DNA of 64,000 nt from Vicugna vicugna (taxonomy: Eukaryota): positions 860,678 through 924,677 of the forward strand of contig MU058531.1 in assembly GCA_013265495.1 (NCBI GenBank), read 5' to 3'. Position numbers and translations under genes: made by a program. The notes below the pieces were generated by a model. That model made no database searches. It saw only the letters and a program-made list of their open reading frames with translations, and had not been told where the DNA came from. Below are positions 22,961 to 35,749 of the stretch, in pieces; position 1 is the first letter of the stretch; every line of letters starts with the position of its first letter.

Positions 22961-25229
22961 GGCTCCTACTTCTACTGCCCCCTCCCCGTCGAATCTGCAC
23001 ACCTACTTCTTCACTTCTTCCCTGCCCATTGCAATCCCCACTGGAAACAGGGTGACTACTCAGACTGGTCTAAGCACCAGACTCGAGGATACTGACAAGG
23101 CCACTTTCACTACTGACCAGGGTCACCGTGCGGTCGGATGCACACTGGGAAGTGGGATGCCCTTGGCAGTAGCTCTCCTTTCCTGCTCCCAGACGTGCAG
23201 ATGACGTGCAAAGTTGGCCCAAGGCTTGTTTTCTGCATGGCTCTGCCCTCTCTTCTCTATGCATAGCAGAGCCCCAGCCCATGTGCCATCTAGGCTATTT
23301 TAGGCATTGGATTGTAAACAATTGCAGTTTTTCTTACAGTCTCTCTCTCTGTAGTTCCACGCCCCTGCAGCTGGCAGATATGATGGACCGGGTATAACTA
23401 GCCGGCGGAAAATTAAAAATTAGGCTGATATAGTCCCATTAGCTTTACCAGAGTTCATGGGCTGAGACTTCAAGCCCAAATCCATTTTCAAACATAGCTT
23501 TGTCAACACACTTTCTGTGTGTTCTGTGTGGGTGTACCTCTCCAGAGAACATTCCAGGGGGGAGTGGAGCTGGGCTGAAGTGAGAGGCAAAAGCTCTCAA
23601 TTCCTTGGCTTTGACAGTCTGCTGTCACCAGTTAAATCCTAACCAATGAGATGGTTTGGAGAATATCCTTTAATTTCAGAAATAAATATAGACAGTAGTT
23701 TTATCAGAGGTTAGCTTATACCGTAATTAATGTAGATTTTGCACAAAATATAAGCTTTTACCTGACAAATGTATGCAAAAATTCATTTGTCTGAACTAGT
23801 TCACTAGATGTTCAAGCCTCTTCTTCTTAAAGTATCTGTAGCTCTATTGCTGTCGTTTACCATCTGTTTCTCTCTCTGGCTCACCCACACACACACACAT
23901 ACACTATGCAGTGTGACAGTGCAGGTATGTTACTGCATCACACTGAGAGGGACTTAGAATCTATCCCTTCCCAGACAAGCCATCCAAACCAGGGAGCCTG
24001 CTTGGACCGCCCAAAGGAAAATTGTATAATTGGTCCCAGTTTTTCCTGTCCAGAGCCCACATATACACCCACTAACACACACAGCAGCTGGCTTGCACAC
24101 TCTAGCATTTTCCCACCCAGTGGGTGCGGTGCGCCTTGGATAGCTTACTGCAGCTACATAGAGTGAATTGTCTAGGACACATCCCAGAACTGACAAAATG
24201 TGCCCGTGGGAGGCAGCTGCCCCGTCCGCCCAGTGGAACTCAGGGTACCCTCCTTGCCAGCAAAGTCGAACTGAACTCCGTTCCAGATCTTCCCGGAGGT
24301 CAGTGTCTCATCATTAATGAAACTTTCCAGGTCTTAGCCTCCCATCCTGTCACGAGGATCCTATCATTTCCACACCATTGATTGGACTTACACGCTGCTT
24401 CAGGTGTAGAAGAAAAAGCAAGCAAGCTGAAAGAATATTCAGCAGCCACCTCCTCAGGCAGTTATGAAAAGTCAGCTGAAAGGATTATGTCTGGCTTCCC
24501 AGAGAAGAAAGGAGCAAGAGGAGAGACAAAAAACATTCGAGAGCTGTCAAATTCCAGAGTTCCTTCCTAAGTCCTTTCTTTCCCCAGTGATAATAAGTGC
24601 AGGTGTCGTCAAAGATTTTTCGTTTTTCCTAACACTCCCCGAGCAAGTCTCAAGCTGTTGTCATTAAGCGACTCTGATGCTTTCTAATGCATAAGCACAT
24701 TTATAGTAATTAGATGTGGGATGCCTTGTATGGTTCCAGAACCTTAATGTCAGAGTTTAGTCGCGGGAGCTGAGGAGGCTTCTCAGTTACAATGGCTACT
24801 CTCTTATACCATCTTTTTTTTTTTTGCCCCCAAGAGGAAGCTGAGACCCAGGTACCATGACAAGCGAGCACAAACCCAGGGCAGAGCTGGCTCCCCAGGG
24901 AACCCAGAGAGGGAGAGCTGTGTCAGGGACCACCTTGTGCACTGCACCACAGCAAGGGAAAACTGTGTTGAGGGGAAGTGGGAGAGAAGAGGAAAAATGG
25001 GAAATGTGTCCTTAGAGACTGTCCCATTTCACCTCGGTGCTGCCCAGAGGTTCTTGGTGACACTGCATTCCTCAGGAGGACGTGTAATAAGAAGTCATTC
25101 GTTCAGGAGTGATCACGTGTGCTTCTTACTCCATCTGGCTTTCTCAATCTGCAGATAAACACAAACAGCTAGAACTCCTATAGATAATTTGCTGCCCTAG
25201 CTGAGATTGGTTCCAAAGATTAAATTTGT

Positions 25230-26580
25230 TACATATTGTGAAAATATTACACAGTCAGAGTAAAGTCTTCAGTTATGCAGAACAGTATTCAGTGAAAGGT
25301 AAAAATCACCTGACTTCCCCCACGTGCTCTTGCCACAGGTAACCACATTTCACAGCTTACATCCTTCAAGAAATGATTTATACTTATGCAACTGACTCTA
25401 TATATAATACTTTTTAAAATATTCAAATGGGAATCACACCAAGAACACTGTTTCATCACTTGCTTTCTTAACTTAATATATTTGGACACTTTTCTGTATG
25501 GGTACACTCAGATCTAATTCGTTCTTTTGAAGAGCTGAAAATTGTTTGGGCAGACAGTAATTTAATGAGTCCTCTCGGAAGAGACCATTGGCTGACTCTC
25601 CATTGTTTGTTCTTACGAGCCATGCTGCAGTTAAGTAGTTTGTACATGTATCTTTGTGTCCCTGTGCAAACACATTTAGAAGTGGAATCCCAGGCTTAAA
25701 AAGTATGCACATTGTAAAGTGCCATAGACGGAGTCAGATTGCTTTCAAAGACAATCATTGAAAGTCAAGTGTTCTTCCGCAACTTAGCCAATACTCAGTA
25801 CTTCCACTAGGTGAAAATGGCATTTTATTGTTTTATTCTCCATTTCTTCAATTATGAATAAAATTAGGAATATCCCCACTCATTATAAATCTGAAGTGAG
25901 CATTTTTAATGCCTTATTTGTACACTCACAGAAACATACTTCCTCCATAAACTATGTATTTATATCCTTAACTAATTTTCCTTTGTTCACTTCCTCTTTT
26001 TGATTTGTAAGAATAGATAAGAAATGATTTTAACTTTATCATATGCATTCACATTTTTCCCACTTTGTCCTTCGAATTTTTTTTACCTTGTTTACAAGTA
26101 TTATTAAAATGCTAAGATTTTTATATTTTTCAAAGCATAACCCAATTTACCAACCTCGTGCTTTATAACTTCTAAGTTTTATGTCAGACTCCCAGAGCTT
26201 TCCCACTCCAAAGTTAATTTTTTAAATTATTGGTATTTTCTGCTAGCACTTTTACTACTTAGTTCTTTAAATATAAATATTTTAATCATTTGGAATTTAT
26301 TTTGGTGTAAGACAATACGTAAGGCCCTAGCTATATATTGTTTCCAAATTTCCAGTTGTCCAAACATAATTACATAATCTAATTTTGCTTTACTGATTTC
26401 AAATACTACCCAGCACGTCAAATCTGAAAACATATGCAGGTCTATTTCTAGACTCTGTAATCTGTTTCATTGATTTTCTATTTCTACCTTGATTATGAGC
26501 TGATTTAATTATTCTAACTTTATTATGCATTTTAATATCTGGTAGGGTTAGTCTTTCCTCCTAATTCTTCTTTAGTATGA
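25230..26580 (-). mobile_element. Ancient L1 (L1ME-type) 3' region
   Basis: T-rich antisense L1 features such as 'agaagtggaatcccagg...aagtatgcacatt', 'ttggaatttattttggtgta' and 'tttctagactctgtaatctgtttcattga'. Confidence 0.75.
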
Positions 26581-27783
26581 TTTATTTTCAAGCTGGAAAG
26601 ATTGCAGGCAGACTCCCTCTTCAAAGGTAGCAGCTTGCGGTTTTGATGACTGTTCTTCAGTTCTACGAAAAGCCACCTGAGTGGGTCCCTGGGTTGTGTA
26701 ATACCCACCTACAGCTCTGGGGAAGACATAAATACAAACCCAGATGATGCAGTCTGTTCCATTCGAAGACAAGGGATCTGTTTAGAAATGTAAACTGGGC
26801 AGATCTTTGAACGGATCTATCTTTCTACAGTTTATACAGTCAATAGAGAGATGTTTCTTCCCTAAGCGTGGGTTTATAGTCTCCTACTCGTCTACGTGAG
26901 TGTGTGTGGCGGAGTAAAAGGTGTCTGTCCGCATTTGTGTCCAGGAGCTACAGAGATGGGACGGAGGAGCCAGCATCTGACAGAGATCTGAGTGGAGCCC
27001 TGACGTTCTCTTCACCTGACCCTGCTAGCGAGGAGGCAGAAAGGAACAGGCTGGGACCAGTGCCGTCTGTCCTGGGCCTGCGCTTTTTATTCCACAGTTG
27101 GTGTCATGAGCCACTGAACACCCTGAATTAGGAAAATGAATCTGATTAAACTTCATAGTTCTGACTGATTCTAGAGCCTTCAGAGAAAACTTTATTCCTG
27201 TGGACTTTCCCCTTCGGGGAATGAATATTCCCAGTCATTTGGGAAGGGAAGGTGGGAAACAGGGGGTGTTAGGAGGTCTTCAGGGCTGTGGACGAGGGTG
27301 CGGAGGCTAGACTCCAGGTAAGAACATCCTCAAGGGCACTGCTCTGTGGGTGGTTAAGGAGCAGGATGGAAGTTCCTCTGAAAGGGGAGCGGGGAGAAAA
27401 TGCACACCTTGCAGTTGACCTCCTGGAGGGGCTCTGAGCCCTGCCACATCTGGAATCCTCTTTTGCATTCTCTTTGCTGGGGGGTTTCCCTTCCGAAACC
27501 CTCAAGCCTTCACAAAGCCTTGGACCATCTAACAGCCAATCATGGGGGGATTAAGGGAAATGACTGTGCCCACCTGGGGAAAATCGCCAAGAAGCAGCCA
27601 GCTGCAGGGTGAAGAAAGCTGGGAGCAAGTTAGGGATGGGGCTGGGGACAAGTTATCAGGAAATGAACCGACAGAGGACAGAGCAGCAGCTAGATATCTG
27701 GCTGAGGCGGCAACAAGAACCAGGATCGATTTCTGCGTCGTCAGCATTTCCCAGGGAGTCCCAGAAATACTTATTGAGGGAAA

Positions 27784-28290
27784 TGTGGGAAACAGCAGAA
27801 TTTCTTTGGGCCGTCAAATTTGGTTACTAAGTGTGGGGCCTTTCAAAGTCCAGTGACCCCCATTCCTGGGCTCTCAGATGTCTGCCTGCGGTCCCTCAAA
27901 AGAAAAAGTACATTCTTTGCAGGGCTCGTTTGCCCTAGCAAACTAACAGCCCGACGGAATGCTTTACCTCACAGTAGCCCAGGCTGGTTTGTTTCAGCCT
28001 CTTATTAGAGTCATAAACCCACCGCCCCTTCAGGGACCCTGAACTTCATGCCTCACCTACAACTAATCCCAGAATTGTTCACACACACAGCCCCCAACTC
28101 ATTGTGTTCATCAACCCCTTCCCCGTAAAAGGCCCCAACAATCAACCCCTGGGGCTCACACAGGCACCTGTCTGTGTGGCCTGTTGCTGCCGATAGCAGC
28201 GTATCTATTAAACTCTCCTGTGTCTTCGGTAAATTCTTTTATTGCCTGCAACATCCGCCTGCCTTGTTTCCCAACGTTGACATTTCTGTA
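27784..28290 (+). mobile_element. Probable solo ERV1-class LTR
   Basis: TG start, ATTAAA at ~28208 followed by the U5-like 'ggtaaattctttta', and a CA end. Exact termini uncertain. Confidence 0.55.
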
Positions 28291-28695
28291 ACAAATGTGT
28301 AACTTTTTGTAAACTCTAGTTTTTTTGCTTAATTTGAGGTACCCATTTACTCATTAAACTAAGTTTTTCAAATAGGCCATCTCCTGTCTAGGCCTCACCT
28401 AACAGATTCAGTTTTCAGAGTCTAGTAAATCCTACCAAGACAGGAAGATTCTTAATCTTAAACAGACACACAAAAATTAAAACCCTGTTTATCTGGGTGG
28501 TTACCTCAACTCTACTCTTGACAGACTGGGAACTTTGAGATCAATCTTGGCTGCAATCTTCGCTGGTCAGCAGGGAGAGGCTGCCAGTAATGGACAGCTC
28601 TGGCATTTTCTCATGGGTATGGTCTGTGGGGAAGGACTTTATTCTTCCAGGTACTGCTAAATAGAAATGATGAAAGAATCGCAGTTCCTGTGGGC

Positions 28696-28900
28696 TGTCA
28701 ACTGGAATAAAATGCACAACCCAAAAGCTGAGAGTTTTTTATTTGGCGGACATTCTGAGGACTTGAGCCTGGGAGGCAGCTTCTCAGTTCGTGCTAAGAG
28801 ACTGTATCACCCAGGCAAAGGAGAAGCCACAAAGACCTGCAACAAAGACCAGGTAGTCAGAACATCAAAAGAGTTTTGTCCCATCATGCTTGTAAATGGA
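28696..28900 (-). mobile_element. ERV1-class LTR 3'-end fragment, related to the LTR at 43591-44051
   Basis: Reverse complement reads '...ctgagaagctgcctcccaggctcaagtcctcagaatgtccgccaaataaaaaactc...tgtgcattttattccagttgaca'. Confidence 0.7.
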
Positions 28901-29036
28901 AAGGGCCCACAGCTCACTTGAACCTTAATGCTTAATCCCTTCAACTGAAGACTGTGCTCTCCCAGGAAGGGACTCTAAGTTTAAAATGGAAAATCACTAC
29001 TTCTGATTTAAAAAAAAAATAATAAAGACTTTATAT

Positions 29037-29620
29037 TGTAAGATGGGTACCTAATATTTTAGCTACCCAGTACCCCTTCTTTCCTCGATGTAATATTTTG
29101 GTTTGGGGCTGGGGGTAGTGACCCCTGATTATAGTGCAGGTGCCAATCAGTGTTCTGTTCCTGGTCACTGTGATTTGTTCATCACTTCAATAATTATTTA
29201 TTGAGCATCTATTTTGTGCCACGCACTATTCTAGCATCTTGGAATTCAGCAGTGAGCAAAAGTGAAAAAGCTCCTGCTTTCTTGGGGCTTAGATCCTAGT
29301 GGGAAGAGTTGGCCAAGTTGGACCAGTTGGAGTTATTTTCCAAGATTTTATATGCACACAGCAAAAGAAATACTTCTTTCCCCCTTGACTGAAAGCTATA
29401 ATGATTCTGTTCCAGAGATCCCAGCAGCCGTGTCCTCTGTCACGTGAGAGCACTAGAAGAATGAGGCCAAGACATACTGTAGAAGCTGAGAAAAAAGCTA
29501 AAGGGGACAGAGAGCCACAGTTCTTAAGCTCTTTTGCATCCCCAGAACCATCCCTCTGTTTCCCAGTTACAAGAGATAGTGTAGTGTTGTCCCTGCCTTT
29601 TTGTTCTTAACCTATCTGTC
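29037..29620 (+). mobile_element. Old MLT1 (J/K/L-type) LTR interrupted by L2
   Basis: 'ccaatcagtgttctgttcctggtcactgtgatttgttca' before the L2, then 'gaatgaggccaa...tttcccagttacaagag' after it. Confidence 0.55.
29180..29308 (-). mobile_element. L2 3'-end fragment
   Basis: 'ttatttattgagcatctattttgtgccacgcactattctag...cagcagtgagcaaaa'. Confidence 0.8.
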
Positions 29621-29764
29621 TAACCCAGGCTTTGGTCCCACACTGGTAAGTGCCTTACTCTCTTTTCTTCTGTCTTAAAAGGTGGGATTTAGGAGAGAAG
29701 AGGGAAGATGCTGAGCTAAGCTTTATGTTTTTATCTTTTGGTGCCCTTACAGTACTTTAATTAT

Positions 29765-30290
29765 TTCATTTACTCATACATATCATTCATTCAACAAATA
29801 TTTGTTGCACAACTACTATGCACCAGAGTCTTTTCAGTGCTAAGGACACAGCAGTAAACAGAACACATAAAAATCCCTATCTTTAGGATGGGGGGATGGG
29901 GATGGTGTAGCTCAATGGTAGAGCACATGCCTAGCATGCACAAGGCCCTGGGTTCAATCCCCAGTGCCTCCATTACAATAAATAAACCTAATTACCCCTC
30001 TCTCCCAAAAAAAAACAACAAAAAAGAAAAAAAAATTTTTTTAAATCCCTACCCTTAGGGAGCTTAACCTCTAGTGGAGTCAGCTAGACAGTAATCAAAC
30101 AAATAGAGCAGTTAGCAGTAAGAAAAGACAAGCAGGAAAGGAGACTAGGGAGTGCTGAGAAAGGGAGGGCAGGGGCAGTTGTTTTATGAAGAACAGCCTG
30201 GGAAGGGCTTGCTTCTGAAGGGAAGGTGCAAGCAGAGACCTGAAGGGGAGATGAGAGGAAACCACCGAGAGCTGTGGGAGTGCGACTGGG
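29765..30290 (-). mobile_element. L2 fragment interrupted by a Vic-1 SINE
   Basis: 'cattcattcaacaaatatttgttg...gtgctaaggacacagcagtaaaca' resumes after the SINE as 'gggagcttaacctctagtgg'. Confidence 0.8.
29888..30042 (+). mobile_element. tRNA-derived SINE, Vic-1 type (camelid), with TSD
   Basis: A box 'tagctcaatgg', B box 'ggttcaatccc' and an A-rich tail. TSD aaatccctatctttagg (29871-29887) / aaatccctacccttagg (30043-30059). Confidence 0.9.
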
Positions 30291-30375
30291 GAAGAGAGAG
30301 GGATGGCTCGGGAATGACGTGATGCTTAATAGGTAAGTCGGCTCCAGGAAGAGTCTTTGACTCTAAGACAATTCA

Positions 30376-30518
30376 TTTTTTTTGGCGGGGGGGGGTTAAA
30401 CCAGGTTGGTTGATTGATTTAATGGAGGTACTGGGGACGGAACCCAGGACCTCGTGCATGCTAAGCATCTGCTCTACCACTGAGCTATACCCACCTCCAC
30501 TGAGCTATACCCTCCCCC
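30376..30518 (-). mobile_element. Vic-1-type SINE
   Basis: 'aatggaggtactggggacggaacccaggacctcgtgcatgctaagcatctgctctaccactgagctataccc' is the antisense of the same family. Confidence 0.9.
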
Positions 30519-32129
30519 TCATTTTAAATAAGAAGGATAGCAAAGAAAAAAGGAAAAAGATATTAAGGCCTATTGTAGATTGGGTTTACACTGAAAGCTG
30601 TCTTTTTCACTCACCTTTGGAGGCATGGTTTTGAGAATGTTATTGAAAGTCCTGTTCTTTTGAAAAAGAGAGAAAGAAAATGTTACAGTTAAGAGTAGGA
30701 TACCATAATGATCCTTCTGGATACTTAATAAGGGACCCTCATCTAAGTCTCCATTGGTGTCTAATCTACACATATCTCTAATACTGAGACCCGGGGTGAA
30801 TTGAAACGAGGCTCCTTTCTCTGTTAAGGAAAAATGACTATTAGCTGAAACACCAAACTCCCCCCTCAAAAGAAGTGATGAGCATGCCAGAATTGCTGCC
30901 CTTCTACATCACAGACCCTCCCCTTTGCCCCATTACACGTTTATGAAACAAATCTGAGGTCAAATTAAAGTGGTCAGAGAGCCATCAAGAGACCAACTGG
31001 ATTTAAAACCCTTAGAACCAACCTGTCCAGTGATATGTCACTGTCTTACGGGCCTACAGACCTGACAGAGGCCAGCCTGTGAGACTAGTCAGACTCACAA
31101 ACGCCTTGTGAAACTTGACCCCTCTCTTCCTTTTCAGAGCACCCTTTACTCATATGCATCCAATACCCTCTTATTCAGTCATCTCCTGCTTAGCCTGCAT
31201 TTCCTCACTTGTAACACATAAAGGGTGGATCAGACTTTCATTAAGGACCTTTCAGCCTGAAGGGACAAATGATCACCCCGTAAGGAAAACAACACTCGAT
31301 ACATGGTACTTACTGGAGACTGACTGTGCTCAACGTTGATACTGAGTCTATAAGCAATATTTTAAAACAGTTTTCTACTTAATTTGAAAGTTTCACGTGT
31401 TTAGAAGAAAGCAGTCCTGCTTCCTTAAAAAAAATCTTCTAGTTAGAAGAAAAGAGGAACCATTTTTCAGCAATATTGGGAAATTCTGTAGTAAGGCTAG
31501 ACATCCTGTGGTAAGCGATGAGACACCACTCCCTGCTGTGATGCACTTGTGGATAAAATACCAGGAAACCCAAAGGCAAGGAAAAAAAGAGCCCCAACCA
31601 CAGAGGAAAATGATCAACTTCCACCGCCTGGGACTGGCCCTGAGTGGAACTCGGTGAGCTCTGAGCACAACGCTGTTCCACTTATGTCTGCTTACGTCAG
31701 TTATTGTTTCCAAGTAGATGGTCACGTTCAAGAGCCCAGTTCTGTTGTTTTTGTTTTTAAATAAAGAAATAACATTTTACATAAAAAGCACAAGGCTGCA
31801 GATTATACCCTTGCTCCTCTCAAATATTTCCATCCCCTTTAAGCCTAACTGGCAGACCTGGGTCCCTCAGCAGATACACAAACTCCCTGGGAGGGGTCTG
31901 GTCCTAGGGGTCAAGTCTTCACTCGGAAGCTTACACCTCTGACCGGCATGAAAATTCCCCAGGGGGTGACACAGAATTGGAGATTCGCAAATCCACACAG
32001 ACCCACCAACTCAGAATTACTGAGGGCAGGGACCAGGTACTCACTGCAGTAAGCAGGATAGATCATACTTACACACCTAGAACTGAGCATAACAGCAGAA
32101 TCGTATCACAGGAACCACCCGAACAGAAG

Positions 32130-32230
32130 GCCAAGACATCTGGTTCCAGCCCAGATGTCACTGTTAGCTGTGTGGCCTTAGGGAAATCACTTTTTTAAAG
32201 GAGCATCTCTCTAGTTCAGTTTTCCAAAGA
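32130..32230 (+). mobile_element. MIR fragment
   Basis: 'ctggttccagcccaga...agctgtgtggccttagggaaatcactt'. Confidence 0.6.
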
Positions 32231-32609
32231 ATCAATTTGAGTATCTTTATGGTTACTCATACTTTTGTTGTATTTGACATTTAAAGATCAAACCTTAATA
32301 GGGCGATGACTCGCCGGGGGAAACACTACATTCACCGCACAGTGCTAGGCGTTTAGAGCTGCTGGGAGGGAGAGAGAAACTGCTTACCCCTGAGTCATAT
32401 CACATGGGCAGCCACTTGGCACAACCAGACAGAAACTGAACCAGCTGTCAGGCCCACACCCTCACTGCATCCTTGGCCGGCTGAAAGTTCTAGAATCAGT
32501 CCAGTACCCATGTGGGCAGCAGAGTTACCCATGACATGGGGCAATTAAAGTCACTTCTCTAGGATATCTCTGGGGTTTTTTTTTTTTTTTTTTTTTGCTC
32601 ATTCTTGCA

Positions 32610-32712
32610 TTTTTTTGTCATTGTTGTTATTTATTTATTTTTAATGGGGGTACTGGGGACTGAACCCAGGACCCTGTGCAAGCTTAGCACACTCTCTACT
32701 AGATATACCCAT
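32610..32712 (-). mobile_element. Vic-1-type SINE
   Basis: 'taatgggggtactggggactgaacccaggaccctgtgcaagcttagcacactctctac'. Flanked by a short cttgcat direct repeat. Confidence 0.85.
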
Positions 32713-32719
32713 CCTTGCA

Positions 32720-33470
32720 TGTCTTAAATGCCCAGTATGTGAAAGAACCTAGAGAGTTACTAGCGATACCAAGTCAAGTAAGACCCAGTTCTTTCCTTCA
32801 AGAATCTACAGGTTAGTGGGAAAGACAGACAAGCTCACAGGTGATGAGCGCTCCATGTAACATGTGCTATGGGACAAGCGAGGATGGAGGGCAGAAGGAA
32901 GGGGTGGCATCTAAGTCGGCTGGGGGAGGGGACGCTAAGCAGAAAAAATCAGGCTTCCTCTGAGTTGTGAGGGTATAGGGTAGATAGCCAGGTGCACAAA
33001 GTGGGTAAGAACGTAAGGTACGTGGAACTGTGTATATATGAAGGTCAAAGGCAGCAAATACCAGGGTGCCTTAAGGTGAGTGCGAACGATTTAGTTTGTC
33101 TGGACAAAGGGTACCTGGGTGAGAAATGAAGCTCTAGAGGAAATAAGCGCCAACATCTGGAAAGTCTTCTGTGTTAAACTAGTGACAATTACAAGGAGAG
33201 AGTGAAAGAGTCTAAATAGGGTGCACCATGACGAGAACTGAATTTTGTAACAATCTCTTTTGGAGAGCACTAGGAAGGGGGGGGGCGGGGCCAAAATGAA
33301 GGCAGAGAGACCAGTTAGAAAGTTGATGGATGGATGATTTGAGAACTGCCCAGGCTTGAACAAGGACAATGACAGTGGGCTCCAGAGAGAGGAAGGGAGA
33401 TAGAGCGTAGAAAAGGTGGGGCATCCAGGGCTTGTGACAGGTTGGATATAGGAGCTGAAAAAGAGAACCA
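32720..33470 (-). mobile_element. L2 fragment
   Basis: 'agacccagttctttccttcaagaatctacaggttagtgggaaagacagac' and 'gaaggcagagagaccagttagaaagttga'. Confidence 0.75.
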
Positions 33471-33956
33471 TCCATTACTTTTTTAAAAAAACGGGAGGAA
33501 AGAAAAAATGTCAATAAAATTTAATGAGAATAAGAAACTTATGGTCCAGACAAGCCAGATCAACTGTCTAATGAATCTCTGGGTGCTGTCTTCTGTTGCC
33601 TCTCTGAATCCCACTAATGGACAATTCCTAAATTAATGCTTCAGGAAGCTAACCTCCTCTTGGACATGGACCAGCAAGGCAAAACCTGGAAAGGGCTTAG
33701 GAAAATAGGTTACAGGAGACCTCAGGTCTTAATGCAAGTGAAGGAAAAGCTGTCAAACACGTCACTTTGTTTGGGTTTCTTGGGGAAATGCTATTTGTCA
33801 CATCACTGCATTCCAGTGTGTCAGCCACCTCCATCCACTGTCAACCCACAGCAGGATGAAAAAAGGGAGACACGAAATGGGAGGAATACTCCAGAGAACG
33901 TCATACCATTGGGAAGCAAGGAGACAAGATTAACTTGATTAATAATAGCAGAAATA

Positions 33957-34088
33957 TAGCTCATAGTGAAAAAAAAAGAGACAATGAATATATGTATGTT
34001 CATGTATAACTGAAAAATTGTGCTCTACACTGGAATTTGACACAACATTGTAAAATGACTGTAACTCAATAAAAAATGTAAAAAAACA
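33957..34088 (+). mobile_element. Young, severely 5'-truncated L1 3' end with perfect 13-bp TSD
   Basis: 'gaatatatgtatgttcatgtataactga...tgacacaacattgtaaaatgactgtaactcaataaaaaa'. TSD aatagcagaaata at 33944-33956 and 34089-34101. Confidence 0.9.
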
Positions 34089-34424
34089 AATAGCAGAAAT
34101 AAATACACAAAAGATAAAAGGAAATCTCCCAAAGCATGACTCCCTCTCACTTTTATAAACTCTCCACTCACTGCACTCACCAAATACTGTCTGGTACGAG
34201 TTTTTGATGTGTTAGTTTTATTCCAAAATAAGGCTCAAGGATTAAGCACATAGAGGCTATAACATGGTAATCCCAGGAAGTTCATAAAATGAGTATGTCG
34301 GGGAATTGAGTCACAGACCACGTCAAGGGCAGGAGGCCCAGGCGGCTCCATTTTGTGTGGATTCTCCTCCCACAGCAGCAAGAGTCCTGCCAAATCACTA
34401 GACTGCTGCAGGGACAGGACACTC

Positions 34425-34630
34425 CCCTGAGAACCAGGATATTTGGAGTTCCTTCTCAGCTGTGTCATGAAATCTCTCTAAACCTCCTTTGTAAAAGGAC
34501 AGATTCATAATCCTTGCCTCCTAAACTTCAAGGGGCTCTTGAGAGGAACAGGTTAAGAGAAGGTAAATGAAAACCTCTTCGCAAATTATAAAATGCTACA
34601 GTAACATCAGCCTGTTTAATTATTACTCCT
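34425..34630 (+). mobile_element. MIR SINE fragment
   Basis: 'agctgtgtcatg...tttgtaaaagg...cttgagagga...tataaaatgcta'. Confidence 0.6.
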
Positions 34631-35749
34631 CTTATGATTGTCAGCAGACGAGGTGTGTGGCTAGCTCCACTGGCCGAGTGTGCATAGTCTGGACCAAATC
34701 TATCTTCATCCTAAATGTCAATCCCCAAACCCTCACCTCCTTCTTAAGGTGAATGACCATTGTCCCTCGTTTTCATATGAGGAGGATACTATTTGTGAGA
34801 ACCAGTGAGAGCTCAGAACAGTAACAAATTTGTTCTAGTGCTCACTGTACTTTGTTGACCTCAGATGGATGTTACTGAATATGTTCCAACTTCATTTTCA
34901 CGTGTAGAGCAAGCAGAGCAATAAACACGCTGGGCCTCGCTACTGTCAACTTGGCACTTCTTACAATTCACAATCTACCTGAACAAAATCCTAGGAAGAA
35001 GCTTGGATTACCCATAAGAACTAATGTGCTGGCTTCTGTTTTCTCCTAGCTTGTGGTACTTCTCAATATATCAGTAAGTCATTTGATTACTCACATGAGA
35101 TTTCTTGTGGATAAAATGGGATTAATGAATTATAACAGAAATCACTCAGTAAGTAAACTCCTTAAGAATCCCAAATTACTCTTGGGGTTCAGTTTTTCTT
35201 AATGCTCCAAAATGATGCACCAGTATAATGGTGATGCTAATGACCTCTGCTACGTAATTCCAGCCTCAAGAGACTATGCTGAGAAAGGAATGGATTATAA
35301 TCAGAATTACCTGCCGCTACAGGTTAGCCATACTTGTATAGTAACATCTAGTTCTAAAATAATCCCTCCTTTCTTGGTATTTTTACACAAAAGATAGAGC
35401 AGCAGTGAGATGGCCAGATAAACCAAAATCAAAATAAATGAATTATTCATGTATCTAAAATAATAGCAGCAAATCAGGACATGCAAACGATTGGTGTGTC
35501 TGAACAACACCGCACATTTTAGTAATGAAGGATCTACTTAATTACCAAATGTTTGACCTGTACAATATACTAAACATCCAGATTGATGGCTGGACACCCC
35601 CTCCCTCTGGTCAAAATGTATCGGACTCCTATAGACCCCAGGCAAATGCAGACAGGGAAGGAGTGGTGTGTAACAAGCATAACCATAATGTAATAAGCAT
35701 TAATAAAGTCATTTTAGAATCATAGAGTATAGAATGCCCAGGGAGAGAC

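Noticed and set aside
27780..28702. Peptide similarity EMWETAEFLWAVK (~27780) vs EMMKESQFLWAVN (~28664) with third-position differences
   Set aside because: Only about 26 of 38 nt match, the match does not extend, and both stretches overlap LTR termini. Most likely coincidence.
29895..29972. tRNA gene
   Set aside because: It has A and B boxes but also a SINE body, A-rich tail, TSD and several diverged copies in the window, so it is a tRNA-derived SINE.
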